A stretch of DNA of 64,000 bases from Desulfobulbaceae bacterium DB1. Lineage in GTDB: Bacteria > Desulfobacterota > Desulfobulbia > Desulfobulbales > SURF-16. The notes under the pieces were generated by a model. That model did not search any database. It was not told the DNA's origin and saw only the letters and a list, made by a program, of their open reading frames with translations. The DNA lies in assembly GCA_001914235.1 (NCBI GenBank), contig MQUF01000021.1, forward strand, positions 9,007 through 73,006, given 5' to 3'. Numbering within the stretch: the first letter of the stretch is position 1; each line of letters opens with the position of its first letter. This document shows, in pieces, positions 8,442 through 19,242 of this stretch. Both the position numbers and the translations under genes were made by a program.

Positions 8442-8518
8442 TGGTGGCGATGCAGGGACTTGAACCCCGGACACTACGGATATGAGCCGTATGCTCTAAC
8501 CGGCTGAGCTACATCGCC
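8442..8518 (-). tRNA. tRNA-Met (anticodon CAT); a lysidine-modified tRNA-Ile2 cannot be excluded
   Basis: The reverse complement reads GGCGATG TA GCTC AGCCGGTTA GAGC A TACGG CTCATAT CCGTA GTGTC CGGGG TTCAAGT CCCTG CATCGCC A CCA. This folds as a cloverleaf by hand. The G1-C72 pair argues against an initiator. Confidence 0.85.
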
Positions 8519-8580
8519 ATGGTTTGTGTGCGATTCGGGAATGGAAATCGTTCCCTTTTCTGACAACGCAAAGAAAAAAG

Positions 8581-8609
8581 TATATGGTAAATTTTCTTGG
8601 CATTGTCAA
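8581..8609 (-). promoter_or_regulatory. Candidate sigma70 promoter for tRNA-Met
   Basis: On the minus strand: TTGACA (8609-8604), 17 nt, CATATA (8586-8581). The -10 is weak. Confidence 0.3.
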
Positions 8610-8625
8610 TAAAAAACAGCATTTT

Positions 8626-10290
<1,665 letters not shown>

Positions 10291-10377
10291 TTAAGATGCG
10301 CCTGCGGAGAGTTATTGCGGGTGTACCGGCAGGCGTTTTTATTTTTGTTTTAAAAAATTGTTTCCGCCAACGAATAA

Positions 10378-10668
10378 TTATCCTTCAATAATGCCGAGGA
10401 TATCGTCTTCGCGCATGATCAGGTAATCAACGCCGTCAACTTTGACGTCGGTGCCGCCGTATTTGCTGAAGAGAACGCGGTCGCCTTTTTTAACTTCCAG
10501 GGCCACTCGTTCGCCTTTGTCGTTCATTTTGCCGGAACCTACGGCCATTACTTCGCCTTCAGCCGGTTTTTCCTTGGCGCTGTCGGGAATGATGATGCCG
10601 CCTGCGGTTTTTGCTTCGCTCTCAAGTCTTTTGACCAGAATACGATCGTTCAAGGGACGAATTTTCAT
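10378..10668 (-). CDS. groES: Co-chaperonin GroES
   Basis: [35 protein letters not shown]... I chose the ATG at 10668, which has a GGAGG 7 nt upstream. The track start at 10674 is a TTG. Confidence 0.95.
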   Translation of the reverse strand: MKIRPLNDRILVKRLESEAKTAGGIIIPDSAKEKPAEGEVMAVGSGKMNDKGERVALEVKKGDRVLFSKYGGTDVKVDGVDYLIMREDDILGIIEG

Positions 10669-10790
10669 CTGCAACCTCCGTAATGAATGGATTTTGATTT
10701 GATATTTTTTGATAAGCCGGGCGGGTGCCGCCGGCCTTCTCGAAGTAGTGGACCCGATCCATCGGGGAAATTTTCTTGTCCACGATAAAG

Positions 10791-10833
10791 AACAAGGAAA
10801 TTGGACCTTTATGCAAGGTCCGCATTCCTTGTT
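10791..10833 (-). terminator. Long imperfect hairpin between ilvE and groES (putative ilvE terminator or regulatory structure)
   Basis: aacaaggaa-att-ggacctt-tatgc-aaggtcc-gca-ttccttgtt forms two perfect stems (9 bp and 7 bp) around a 3x3 internal loop. The trailing tract on the minus strand is only weakly T-rich. Confidence 0.4.
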
Positions 10834-10887
10834 GGCGAAACAATAGGGATGGGTATTTCAAAAATCAAGAGAGGGGTCAAAAAAAAA

Positions 10888-11955
10888 TTACAGGGGGGCC
10901 ACCCAGCCATAGGGGTCGGATTTGCGGCCGTATTGGATATCCTGAATTTCATTGAACAATCTTTGCGAAAGGGTGCCTGTTTTGCCGTGATTGACAAAGC
11001 AGGTTTTGCCCTTGTAAAAGAGCGATCCCACCGGCGAGATGACGGCGGCGGTGCCGGAGCCGAAAACTTCATGCAGCATGCCCTTTTCGCTTGCGGCAAA
11101 AATCTCGTCGATACTGATTTGCCGTTCAACGACATTGCATTTCCAGTCTCTCAGCAGGCGCAGCACCGAATCCCGGGTGATACCGGGGAGAATACTGCCG
11201 GAAAGCGGGGGCGTGATGACTTCATCGCCGATGACAAAAAAGATGTTCATGGTGCCGACTTCTTCGACGTATTTGCGATGGATGGCATCAAGCCAGAGCA
11301 CCTGGGTGAAACCCTGCTGTTGCGCCTCTACCGCCGCCATGATGCTGGCCGCGTAGTTGCCGGCGGTTTTCGCCTCGCCGACGCCGCCGGGAACGGCGCG
11401 GACATATTTATCGGTGACAAAGATTTTGACCGGGTTGAAGCCCTCTTTGTAGTAAGCGCCGACCGGACTCATGATGATAAAGAAGAGATATTTGCCGGCC
11501 GGCCGGACTCCGAGAGCCGCTTCGGTTGCTATCATGGTGGGCCGGATGTAAAGCGAAGCGCCCTGGGCATCCGGTACCCAGTCCTGATCGGTGCGCAGCA
11601 GCGCCTTCAACCCTTCAAAGACCGCATCGACGTCGATATTCGGCATGCACATGCGGGTGGCGGAATGATTCATGCGGCCCAGATTGTCTTTGGGCCGGAA
11701 GAGAAAGATGCGGTTGTCGCTGCCCCGGTACGCCTTCAACCCTTCAAAGATCGCCTGTCCGTAATGGAGAACCATGGCTGCCGGGTCAAAGGAAAAATTG
11801 CGATACGGAGTTATCCTGGCATCATGCCAGCCCTGATCCTTGTCATACTCCATGAGAAACATGTGGTCGGTGAAATGGGCGCCGAACCCCAGCGCATTTC
11901 CGGCAGGTTTTGCTTTCAGGGCGTTTCCCTGCGCCTTTTCGATAGATAAATCCAT
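10888..11955 (-). CDS. ilvE: Branched-chain amino acid aminotransferase
   Basis: MDLSIEKAQG...FGAHFTDHMFLMEYD...VLHYGQAIFEGLKAYR...GGVGEAKTAGNYAAS. I chose the ATG at 11955, which has a GAGGAG RBS. The track ORF has a 26-aa upstream extension. Confidence 0.9.
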   Translation of the reverse strand: MDLSIEKAQGNALKAKPAGNALGFGAHFTDHMFLMEYDKDQGWHDARITPYRNFSFDPAAMVLHYGQAIFEGLKAYRGSDNRIFLFRPKDNLGRMNHSATRMCMPNIDVDAVFEGLKALLRTDQDWVPDAQGASLYIRPTMIATEAALGVRPAGKYLFFIIMSPVGAYYKEGFNPVKIFVTDKYVRAVPGGVGEAKTAGNYAASIMAAVEAQQQGFTQVLWLDAIHRKYVEEVGTMNIFFVIGDEVITPPLSGSILPGITRDSVLRLLRDWKCNVVERQISIDEIFAASEKGMLHEVFGSGTAAVISPVGSLFYKGKTCFVNHGKTGTLSQRLFNEIQDIQYGRKSDPYGWVAPL

Positions 11956-12187
11956 AAAAAACTCCTCAAGCGGAACAGCAATAACAAACCCATGGGAATG
12001 AGGCACGGTAATGCCGCGACCGGCTTGGCACAAAAAAAAATTGTTCTACAGGAAATGTGGGTTATAATTAAATAATTAAGGATAATTACATTTCCCGGCC
12101 GTTTTTGACTCGAAACGCAGAAGCGAACTATAGCGGATTCTCGCCGCCTTTGAAACAACTTATTTCATCTTGTATTACAGGATTTTT

Positions 12188-13312
12188 ATGCCGAAGCAGC
12201 CCCCCAGCCCCATGGTATTGTTTTATTTCCTCACCCTGCTGCTGCTCGCCACATTGCTGATGGGCTGGTTGTTATGGCCGTTTTTGTCAATAATCATTCT
12301 GTCTTATCTGCTGGCGTCTATTTTTGAGCCGGTTTATGTCTTCCTGAACAAAAAGCTGTCCGCCAACCTTTCCTCGCTCGTCACCTGCGGCCTGATTGTC
12401 CTGCTTATTTTTGTGCCGGTTATTTTTTTTGTCGGGGCGCTCTCCTCGGAGGCCTATGATCTTTTTCAGATGACAAAGGGAACGAATCTGGCGGAAAAGT
12501 TCAAGGAGTTTGTCGAAAGCAATGCCCTGCTCGGCCGGTTAAAAGTGCTGATGGAGGGATACGGCATTCATTTGCAATTCGCCCAACTGGGTGTTGAGTT
12601 GTCCAAGTTCGGCGGCATGATCGCCCTTTTTGTCTACAATCAGGCCAGTTCATGGGCGGCAAACATTCTTCATTTTGTTTTTCAATTTTTTATGATGATT
12701 CTCATCATTTTCTTTCTGCTCATCGACCGGAGCCGCCTGCTTGCCTATCTGATGCGTCTTTCCCCCCTGCCGGATGATCATGAGAGAAAGCTGATCAGCA
12801 AGTTCGAGGCGATCAGCCGGGCCATTCTGATCGGCAACGGTATTTGCGGCGTCATTCAAGGGGTGATCGGTGGCATGGTCTTCGCTTTCTGGGGATTTTC
12901 CTCGCCGGTTATCTGGGGAGTGGTGATGGGGATACTTGCTTTCCTGCCCATTGTCGGCATCGGACTGGTGCTGGGGCCGACCGCGGTCTTTCTGCTGTTG
13001 CAGGGCAAAATCGGCCAGGGCATCGCCATGGGCCTCTTTTATATGTTTCTTTCCTTTTCCGTGGAGTACCTGCTCAAACCGAAAATGGTGGGCGACAAGG
13101 TGAAAATGCATACCCTGCTCGTTTTCCTGGCCATTATCGGCGGACTGCAGTTGTTCGGCATCATGGGGATAATCTACGGGCCGCTTATTGTCACCGGCTT
13201 TCTCACTTTAGGCGAAATTTACACCGTCAACTATGACAAATGCGTCAAAAGCCTTGTTTACTGGAAAAACGCCGGGACATTGAGCGGAGAAAAGGAACAG
13301 GACCAGCCGTGA
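12188..13312 (+). CDS. AI-2E family (PerM/UPF0118) membrane transporter
   Basis: Multi-TM protein with the C-terminal block GVVMGILAFLPIVGIGLVLGPTAVFLLLQG...EYLLKPKMVGDKVKMHTLLVFLAIIGG. Start is the ATG at 12188 (track start is TTG 12170). Confidence 0.8.
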   Translation: MPKQPPSPMVLFYFLTLLLLATLLMGWLLWPFLSIIILSYLLASIFEPVYVFLNKKLSANLSSLVTCGLIVLLIFVPVIFFVGALSSEAYDLFQMTKGTNLAEKFKEFVESNALLGRLKVLMEGYGIHLQFAQLGVELSKFGGMIALFVYNQASSWAANILHFVFQFFMMILIIFFLLIDRSRLLAYLMRLSPLPDDHERKLISKFEAISRAILIGNGICGVIQGVIGGMVFAFWGFSSPVIWGVVMGILAFLPIVGIGLVLGPTAVFLLLQGKIGQGIAMGLFYMFLSFSVEYLLKPKMVGDKVKMHTLLVFLAIIGGLQLFGIMGIIYGPLIVTGFLTLGEIYTVNYDKCVKSLVYWKNAGTLSGEKEQDQP

Positions 13313-13444
13313 CGGGTTGTCGCGCAACGATGAAAATCTTCGCGTGATTCATCATCATCCTTGCGTTTACAAGTGACTGTCTATCATGTTAGTATCGGTG
13401 CAAAATCAATACTCAAGGATATTCGACCTCAAATTTGTGTATAA

Positions 13445-14257
13445 ATGATCCCCATTAAACACGCTCGAAAAATAATATCCTCGCTGTTTGTGCCGATCAG
13501 TTTCTTTTTCTTTCCGCTGTGGCTTTTTTCCGCATCAACCGCCTGCTTTTATTATTTTAATCCCGATTCCCCGCAGAGCAACATGTCCCGCTTAAAGGAG
13601 GCCATGGATAATCTGCTGGCCTTCGGTAATATTCCCCTTGTTTTTCAGCCGTTTACCAAGCTCAGTGATTTTGACCGGAAGGTGCGCGAAGAGGCGCCTG
13701 ATTTTCTCCTGTTACCTGAATGGTATCTCAAGCAGGACGGGAACGAGAAAAGGTTCGAGGCTTTCTTGGCGCCGGTGCGGAATGGGAATACGACCTACCG
13801 CAAAATCCTGCTTGTCGCCCAGGATTCCTCCCTCTCCATTCAGGATCTTGCACAGGAAACCATTGCCATGACCCCCATGGGCGCCGCCGGCTTGGAAGAC
13901 CTCGACAAGGTTATTTTTCAAAAGCACGGGCTGGACTCCAAAAAGCTTAATTTCGTCACCACCGCCAAGGATTCAGACGCCCTTTTCGCCCTGGCCCTGC
14001 GTCAGGTAAAGGCGGCCCTGGTATCCGAGGACAATCTTGACCATTTCGGCGCCATCAACCCCAGGATTCTGCAGACAGTGAAACAGCTGGCGATATCAGA
14101 TCCCATTCCCCTGCCGTTGCTTTGTTATAATAAGGAGATTGCCGGCAAGGATGAAGTGGAAAAATTAAAGAGCCTCTTTTTAAAGGGGAAAATTGACGGC
14201 GGAACCGCGAAGATTATGGAGATGTTGCATATCGATGCCTGGCAGACGATTAATTAG
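13445..14257 (+). CDS. PhnD/SsuA-like periplasmic substrate-binding-fold protein (orphan)
   Basis: 270 aa with a signal-anchor N-terminus. Its overall pattern resembles the phosphonate-type SBP fold. Recognised by recall only. Confidence 0.45.
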   Translation: MIPIKHARKIISSLFVPISFFFFPLWLFSASTACFYYFNPDSPQSNMSRLKEAMDNLLAFGNIPLVFQPFTKLSDFDRKVREEAPDFLLLPEWYLKQDGNEKRFEAFLAPVRNGNTTYRKILLVAQDSSLSIQDLAQETIAMTPMGAAGLEDLDKVIFQKHGLDSKKLNFVTTAKDSDALFALALRQVKAALVSEDNLDHFGAINPRILQTVKQLAISDPIPLPLLCYNKEIAGKDEVEKLKSLFLKGKIDGGTAKIMEMLHIDAWQTIN

Positions 14258-15191
14258 CATATTGAGTGCCCTGTTGCTGCTTGTCGCCATGGCGATGGCG
14301 GCAATGGAAGCCTGTGCCGCGGAACGAACCTCGTCCGTGGCCGCCATCCTGCTGTCCGACGGCGAAAGTGCCTACCGGCAGGCGGCTGACGCCTTCAGGG
14401 AAAACAGCAATTTTCCGGTGCAGCTTTTCAATCTCCACGGGGACATCAAGGCCGACCCCGGATTGAAGGACAAGTTGCTGGCATGTGAACCTGACATTAT
14501 CTTTGCTCTTGGCGCCAAGGCTGCCTATGTCGCCAAGCTCTGGACCAGGGATCGGCAGGATATCCCGGTGATTTTTGCCATGGTGCTGAACTGGCAGCGC
14601 TACAAACTTTTGGAGGGTGCTGCCAATATTGCCGGTATCGGCGCGGAATCCGCCCCCGGCACTCAGTTTGTCAATATGACCATGTTTTCTCCGAAGGTGC
14701 GGCGGATCGGTGTTGTCACCAGCCCCCATTCCCTTCAGATCCTGGAGCAGGCAAAACAAGCGGCCGCCCTGCTGGGGATTGAATTGATTGTTGAGTCGAT
14801 CAGTCGCTCCAATAACTTCCAGCGCGCTTTCAAAAAAATTGCCGGTCAGGTGGATGCCTTCTGGGTGCTGAACGATCCGGTGATTTACACCCTGGAAAAT
14901 GTTGACTGGCTTGAAGAACGGTGCCTGAAGGAAAGACTTCTGTGCGTCGGACAGACGCAGAATATCGCCCGGATGGGCGTGGCGTTGTCCGTTAATCCGG
15001 ATACCAACCAGATAGGGACACAGGCGGCGTCAATGGCCCGCAACATTGTGGAAAACGGCCAGAAACCAAGTGATATCGGGGTGATGGATCCGCTGGCCAC
15101 GCAAATATTCTTCAACCTGAAAACAGCCGAAAGAATCGGTCTTGCAACCAACCCGCAAACCCTTGATATGGCCACCATGGTTATCCGTTGA
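14235..15191 (+). CDS. ABC-transporter substrate-binding-like protein (PF04392-type), secreted
   Basis: Signal peptide MPGRRLISILSALLLLVAMAMAAMEACAAE. Blocks DIIFALGAKAAYVAK, RIGVVTSP and NLKTAERIGL are typical of this family. It overlaps the upstream stop by 23 nt. Confidence 0.6.
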   Translation: MPGRRLISILSALLLLVAMAMAAMEACAAERTSSVAAILLSDGESAYRQAADAFRENSNFPVQLFNLHGDIKADPGLKDKLLACEPDIIFALGAKAAYVAKLWTRDRQDIPVIFAMVLNWQRYKLLEGAANIAGIGAESAPGTQFVNMTMFSPKVRRIGVVTSPHSLQILEQAKQAAALLGIELIVESISRSNNFQRAFKKIAGQVDAFWVLNDPVIYTLENVDWLEERCLKERLLCVGQTQNIARMGVALSVNPDTNQIGTQAASMARNIVENGQKPSDIGVMDPLATQIFFNLKTAERIGLATNPQTLDMATMVIR

Positions 15192-15475
15192 CAACGGCTC
15201 GTTTGTTGCGCCTCTTTTCCGGTCTCCCTCCTGCAGGATTTTCTCCTCGACTTCAACGTCTTCCTCGTGTCATGAAATCGTATAAAAAATGAGGAGTGGT
15301 TCAATTTTGTATTTCATTTGCCGCCATGGAAGGTTTTTCTGACATTTTCCATTGTTTGCTTGATTTTTGTGTTCTGCTTCATCTAAGCTGAATTGAATAG
15401 ATCCGAATCCTAACCGATTGGTTTTGTTTTGGTTTGGCGGCATGATCCGAAACGTAACGGGAGCGGGAGAAGAGC

Positions 15476-17584
15476 ATGGGGAAAAAACGGCTTGCCGCGG
15501 CAGCGGCCTTCTTGTTCATTATCGTCAGCGCCTCGTCCCCGGCCGCTGAAACAGTTGAACCGGCGGCGGGAGAGCAGGAGGAGCAGGCCTTTTCCGAAAT
15601 GTTCGGCCGGGGTCCCCAGGAGGAAGACGTTTACCGGGCGGACCGGCTGCTGCTTACCGCCACCGGCTCGTTGAAACCGGTACACAAGGCGCCGTCGGTG
15701 GCCTCGGTCATCACCGCCGAGGACATCCGGAAGATGGGGGCCACCACCTTGGACGAGGTGCTGGTGGCGGTACCCGGCCTGCATGTCGAGCAATCCGGCC
15801 TCTGGTTTTCCTCCATCTGGTCGATCCGCGGCGTGCATACCAGCCTCAATCCCCATGTCCTGCTGCTGGTCAACGGCGTGCCCTTTACCTTCAACTATCA
15901 GGGCAGCCGCTATTTCGACTACAAGATGCCGGTGGCGATGATCTCCCGGGTCGAGGTGGTGCGGGGGCCGGGCTCGGCCCTGCACGGTGCCGATGCCTTT
16001 GCCGGCACAGTCAATGTCATCACCAAGGACAACTTCGAGATAAACGGCACCGAGACCGGCGTCCGCTACGGCTCCTTTGATAGCAAGGATGTCTGGTTGC
16101 AGCACGGCGGTCAGTACCGGGGCTGGGACGTGGCCTTCGGCCTGGAGTGGCAGAAGACTCAAGGGGATGACGAGCGGATCATCGAACGCGATTACCTCCA
16201 CGCCGTCGGCGCGGCGGCTCTGTCCAACGCACCCGGCCCGCTCGACACCGGCCATGATCTGCTGGACAGCCACCTCAACCTGCGCAAGGAAGACTGGAAT
16301 CTCCACCTCTACGGCACCCTGCAGGAGTCGGCCATGGGGCCGGGCGGTGCCCAGGCCGTCACCTACGGAACCGAGAACGACGCCCGCTCCCTCCTCGTCG
16401 ACCTCACCTATCACAACGACCATCTGCACGAGGACTGGGACCTCACCGCTCGCACCTACTATTCGTACATGAAATCGGATTCCTTTATCCAGTATTTCCC
16501 CCCTGACTTTCTCAACATGCTCGGCAACCCGATCCATGAGTCGCAGGACGGCGGACTGGAGATGACTGGTCTCTTCAAGGGGTTTGATCGGCATCAGGTG
16601 CGCTTCGGGGCCGGCTGGAAGAACTATGATTACGAACCGGACCAGTACAAGAATTTCGGCCCGCCGGCCGGAGTCGATCAGTTCGGCGCCTTGGTCCATG
16701 TCACCGACCCGGCCCACCTCTTCATGCCGTCAGCCAACCGCCAGCTTCTCTTTGCCCTGGTCCAGGATGAGTGGCAACTGGCCCCGGCCTGGGAACTGAC
16801 CGCCGGCGTCCGGCACGACGACTACAGCGATTTCGGCTCCACCACCAACCCCAGGGCCGCCTTGGTCTGGGAGACGCGTTACGATCTCACCACCAAACTC
16901 ATGTATGGCCAGGCCTTCCGTGCCCCCTCCTTTGGCGAGCAGTACACCAGGAACAATCCCGCCGCCATCGGCAGCGAGGATGTCGAGGCAGAGGAGATCG
17001 AGACCCTGGAGCTTGCCTTCGACTACCAGCCGCTCCGGGATCTCCGCCTCATCCTCAGCCTCTTCACCTACAAGGCGGACAAGCTCATCGAGGCCACCGG
17101 CGCCCTGCCCCAGCAGTACACCAACTACGGCGAGCAGGAGGGCGATGGTTTTGAACTGGAAATGGACTGGCTGCTCCATCCCGATCTGCGGCTGCGCGGC
17201 ACTGCCGCCTACCAGCGCTCGGAGAACACCAGACTCGACCATGTGGTGCCCGATGCGCCGGAGTGGCGGTTTTACCTCAATCCCAACTGGGAGTTTCTGC
17301 CGGACTGGTCCCTGGACGGCCAGTACATCTGGATCGGCGACCGCCACCGCGCCCAGGGCGACCCGCGCGGCGACATTAACAACTACGATCTGGTCAATCT
17401 CACCCTGCGGCGGGTCAACATCGCCCGCCACTCGGAGGTGGCGCTTTCCCTGCGCAACCTCTTTGACGAGGATGGCCGTATCCCCAGCCCTTATGCCGCG
17501 GCCGCACCGGAAGGGGCCTTCATCCCCGACGATTACCCCATCGCCGGTCGCTCGATTTACGCGGAAATCCGCTATCGATTTTAA
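15476..17584 (+). CDS. TonB-dependent outer-membrane receptor
   Basis: 702 aa with a signal peptide. The plug block is VITAEDIRKMGATTLDEVLVAVPGLHV...IRGV, and the terminal beta-strand ends ...YAEIRYRF. Confidence 0.9.
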   Translation: MGKKRLAAAAAFLFIIVSASSPAAETVEPAAGEQEEQAFSEMFGRGPQEEDVYRADRLLLTATGSLKPVHKAPSVASVITAEDIRKMGATTLDEVLVAVPGLHVEQSGLWFSSIWSIRGVHTSLNPHVLLLVNGVPFTFNYQGSRYFDYKMPVAMISRVEVVRGPGSALHGADAFAGTVNVITKDNFEINGTETGVRYGSFDSKDVWLQHGGQYRGWDVAFGLEWQKTQGDDERIIERDYLHAVGAAALSNAPGPLDTGHDLLDSHLNLRKEDWNLHLYGTLQESAMGPGGAQAVTYGTENDARSLLVDLTYHNDHLHEDWDLTARTYYSYMKSDSFIQYFPPDFLNMLGNPIHESQDGGLEMTGLFKGFDRHQVRFGAGWKNYDYEPDQYKNFGPPAGVDQFGALVHVTDPAHLFMPSANRQLLFALVQDEWQLAPAWELTAGVRHDDYSDFGSTTNPRAALVWETRYDLTTKLMYGQAFRAPSFGEQYTRNNPAAIGSEDVEAEEIETLELAFDYQPLRDLRLILSLFTYKADKLIEATGALPQQYTNYGEQEGDGFELEMDWLLHPDLRLRGTAAYQRSENTRLDHVVPDAPEWRFYLNPNWEFLPDWSLDGQYIWIGDRHRAQGDPRGDINNYDLVNLTLRRVNIARHSEVALSLRNLFDEDGRIPSPYAAAAPEGAFIPDDYPIAGRSIYAEIRYRF

Positions 17585-17598
17585 CGGGTTCGACACAC

Positions 17599-18423
17599 AT
17601 GCACAAACAAACCAGTAAGGTCGGGAAGCGGAATATGACGTTCAACGACCGCACCGTAACCAAGCTCTGGCAGGAAATCCCCGACGCCGAAAATCCCTAT
17701 CTGGCCGCTCGGTGCCGCTGTCATGGCTACGACATCCTGGAGCTTGCCGAAAAACTAAGCTTTGTCGAGGTGCTGTTTCTTCTCTTCAAGGGCGAACTGC
17801 CCTCCCGGCAAGAGGCCCGGCTGCTGGAAACCATCTTCATTGCCATGATCAACCCCGGGCCCCGTCATCCGGCCACCCGCGCGGCCATGAACGCCGCGGT
17901 AAGTCGAACGAACACCCAACATCTGTTGCCAATCGGCCTTTCCGTTTTGAGCGGGTCATATCTGGGGGGCGGCGAGGTGCTGGCCGCCATGCGCTTTCTG
18001 GCTGACAACCTTTCGCTGCATCCGGAGGAAACCGCTGCCGCTTGTCTCCTCCCGCAACGACCTTTGGAAGGGGATTTTCATCCCGCTCCCGGCTTTGGCA
18101 GCCGTTTCGGCGGCATTGATCCGTTGCCCGCGCAGCTTGCCGATATCCTGTGCGAAATGCCCGGCTGCGGCAAAAACCTCAGGTGGGGCAAGGATTTTGC
18201 GGCATTACTTCGTCCACAGGCAATGGGCTGGCTCAGCACAGGCATAGCGGCCGCCACCTTGTGCGATCTCGGCTTTACCCCTTGGGCCGGGGCCGGACTG
18301 TTTCAACTGATGAATGCACCGGGTATTCTTGCCCACGGGCTTGAGCTGGCTGACAAACCTCTCACATTCATGCCATTCCTCGCCGAGGAACATTATGTCA
18401 TTGCCGGGCAAGCAAAAAAATAG
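17599..18423 (+). CDS. Citrate synthase-like / citryl-CoA lyase-like family protein (divergent)
   Basis: CHGYDILELAEKLSFVEVLFLLFKGELPSRQEARLLETIFIAMINPGPRHPATRAA follows the citrate synthase small-form pattern. It has NPG where DH(G/E) is expected. An alternative start lies at 17635. Confidence 0.55.
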   Translation: MHKQTSKVGKRNMTFNDRTVTKLWQEIPDAENPYLAARCRCHGYDILELAEKLSFVEVLFLLFKGELPSRQEARLLETIFIAMINPGPRHPATRAAMNAAVSRTNTQHLLPIGLSVLSGSYLGGGEVLAAMRFLADNLSLHPEETAAACLLPQRPLEGDFHPAPGFGSRFGGIDPLPAQLADILCEMPGCGKNLRWGKDFAALLRPQAMGWLSTGIAAATLCDLGFTPWAGAGLFQLMNAPGILAHGLELADKPLTFMPFLAEEHYVIAGQAKK

Positions 18424-19237
18424 CACGCCCTACTGGGATCATCGCAGAGGCAGAATATTCACGCGCAAAGGCGGAATAGTCTTTGGCGAGGCAGTTTACT
18501 GCCACGGCTATGACATGATGAAAGATTTGGTTGGGCAGACTTCTTATTTTCAGGTCCTGATTCTCAATGCAACAGGTAAACTTCCGGAGCGCCGGCTGGC
18601 GGACTGGCTGGAGGCGTTGTTCATCTGTCTCAGCTACCCTGATGCCCGTATCTGGTGCAATCAAATTGGCAGCCTTGGAGGAACACTTCGGACATCTCCC
18701 GTTGCAGCTGTTTGCGGAGGAATACTCGCTTCTGACTCAAGAATGTATGGCCCAGGCACCATCACATCAGGCGTGGATTTTATCACTCACGCTCTCCACC
18801 AAAAAAAATCAGGAATTTCCACAAAAGACATTATTGCTCGGCATCCGAAGCGAAGAGATGACGACACGCCAATTATCGCTGGCTATGCCCGCCCAATTAT
18901 CAATGGAGATGAACGCATCCCGGCAATGGAACAAGTGGCCAGCCAACTTGGTTTCGCATACGGCGAACATCTGACTGTTGCATATGAAATTGATCATGTT
19001 CTTCATGTCGATTGCGGAGAAAGAATCAACCTCATTGGCTATGCCTGTGCATTTCTTTGTGATCAGGGCTTCTCTACGGCAACAATTTACTCCCTGCTGA
19101 GCTGCTGGGTGTATTCCGGCGTCCTTGCCTGCTACGCCGAGGCCGCAGATCAGGTGCCGGAATCGTTTTTCCCCCTCCGATGCGGGGATATCGACTATCA
19201 GGGGCAGCCACCGCGATCGGTTCCGGATGAAAAATGA
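18395..19237 (+). CDS. Citrate synthase-like family protein (divergent paralog)
   Basis: CHGYDMMKDLVGQTSYFQVLILNATGKLPERRLADWLEALFICLSYPDARIW. I chose the ATG at 18395 (MSLPGKQ...), which overlaps the upstream gene by 29 nt. Confidence 0.5.
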   Translation: MSLPGKQKNSTPYWDHRRGRIFTRKGGIVFGEAVYCHGYDMMKDLVGQTSYFQVLILNATGKLPERRLADWLEALFICLSYPDARIWCNQIGSLGGTLRTSPVAAVCGGILASDSRMYGPGTITSGVDFITHALHQKKSGISTKDIIARHPKRRDDDTPIIAGYARPIINGDERIPAMEQVASQLGFAYGEHLTVAYEIDHVLHVDCGERINLIGYACAFLCDQGFSTATIYSLLSCWVYSGVLACYAEAADQVPESFFPLRCGDIDYQGQPPRSVPDEK

Positions 19238-19242
19238 TTTCA

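Noticed and set aside
10675-10800. Expected CIRCE (HrcA) operator or a clean sigma32 promoter upstream of groES
   Set aside because: I looked for TTAGCACTC-N9-GAGTGCTAA and for CTTGAAA...CCCCATNT and found no convincing match, so no call is made.
10801-11949. 382-aa + ORF
   Set aside because: It is antisense to ilvE, a typical GC-rich shadow ORF with an Arg/Gly/Ala-biased composition.
15192-15475. Possible riboswitch (for example cobalamin) in the leader of the TonB-dependent receptor
   Set aside because: I could recognise no B12-box-like or other riboswitch core by eye. This needs an Infernal/Rfam scan before any claim.
15410-17596. 435-aa and 288-aa minus-strand ORFs
   Set aside because: They are antisense to the TonB-dependent receptor, which has the plug motif and a terminal Phe. 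The shadow ORFs lack motifs.
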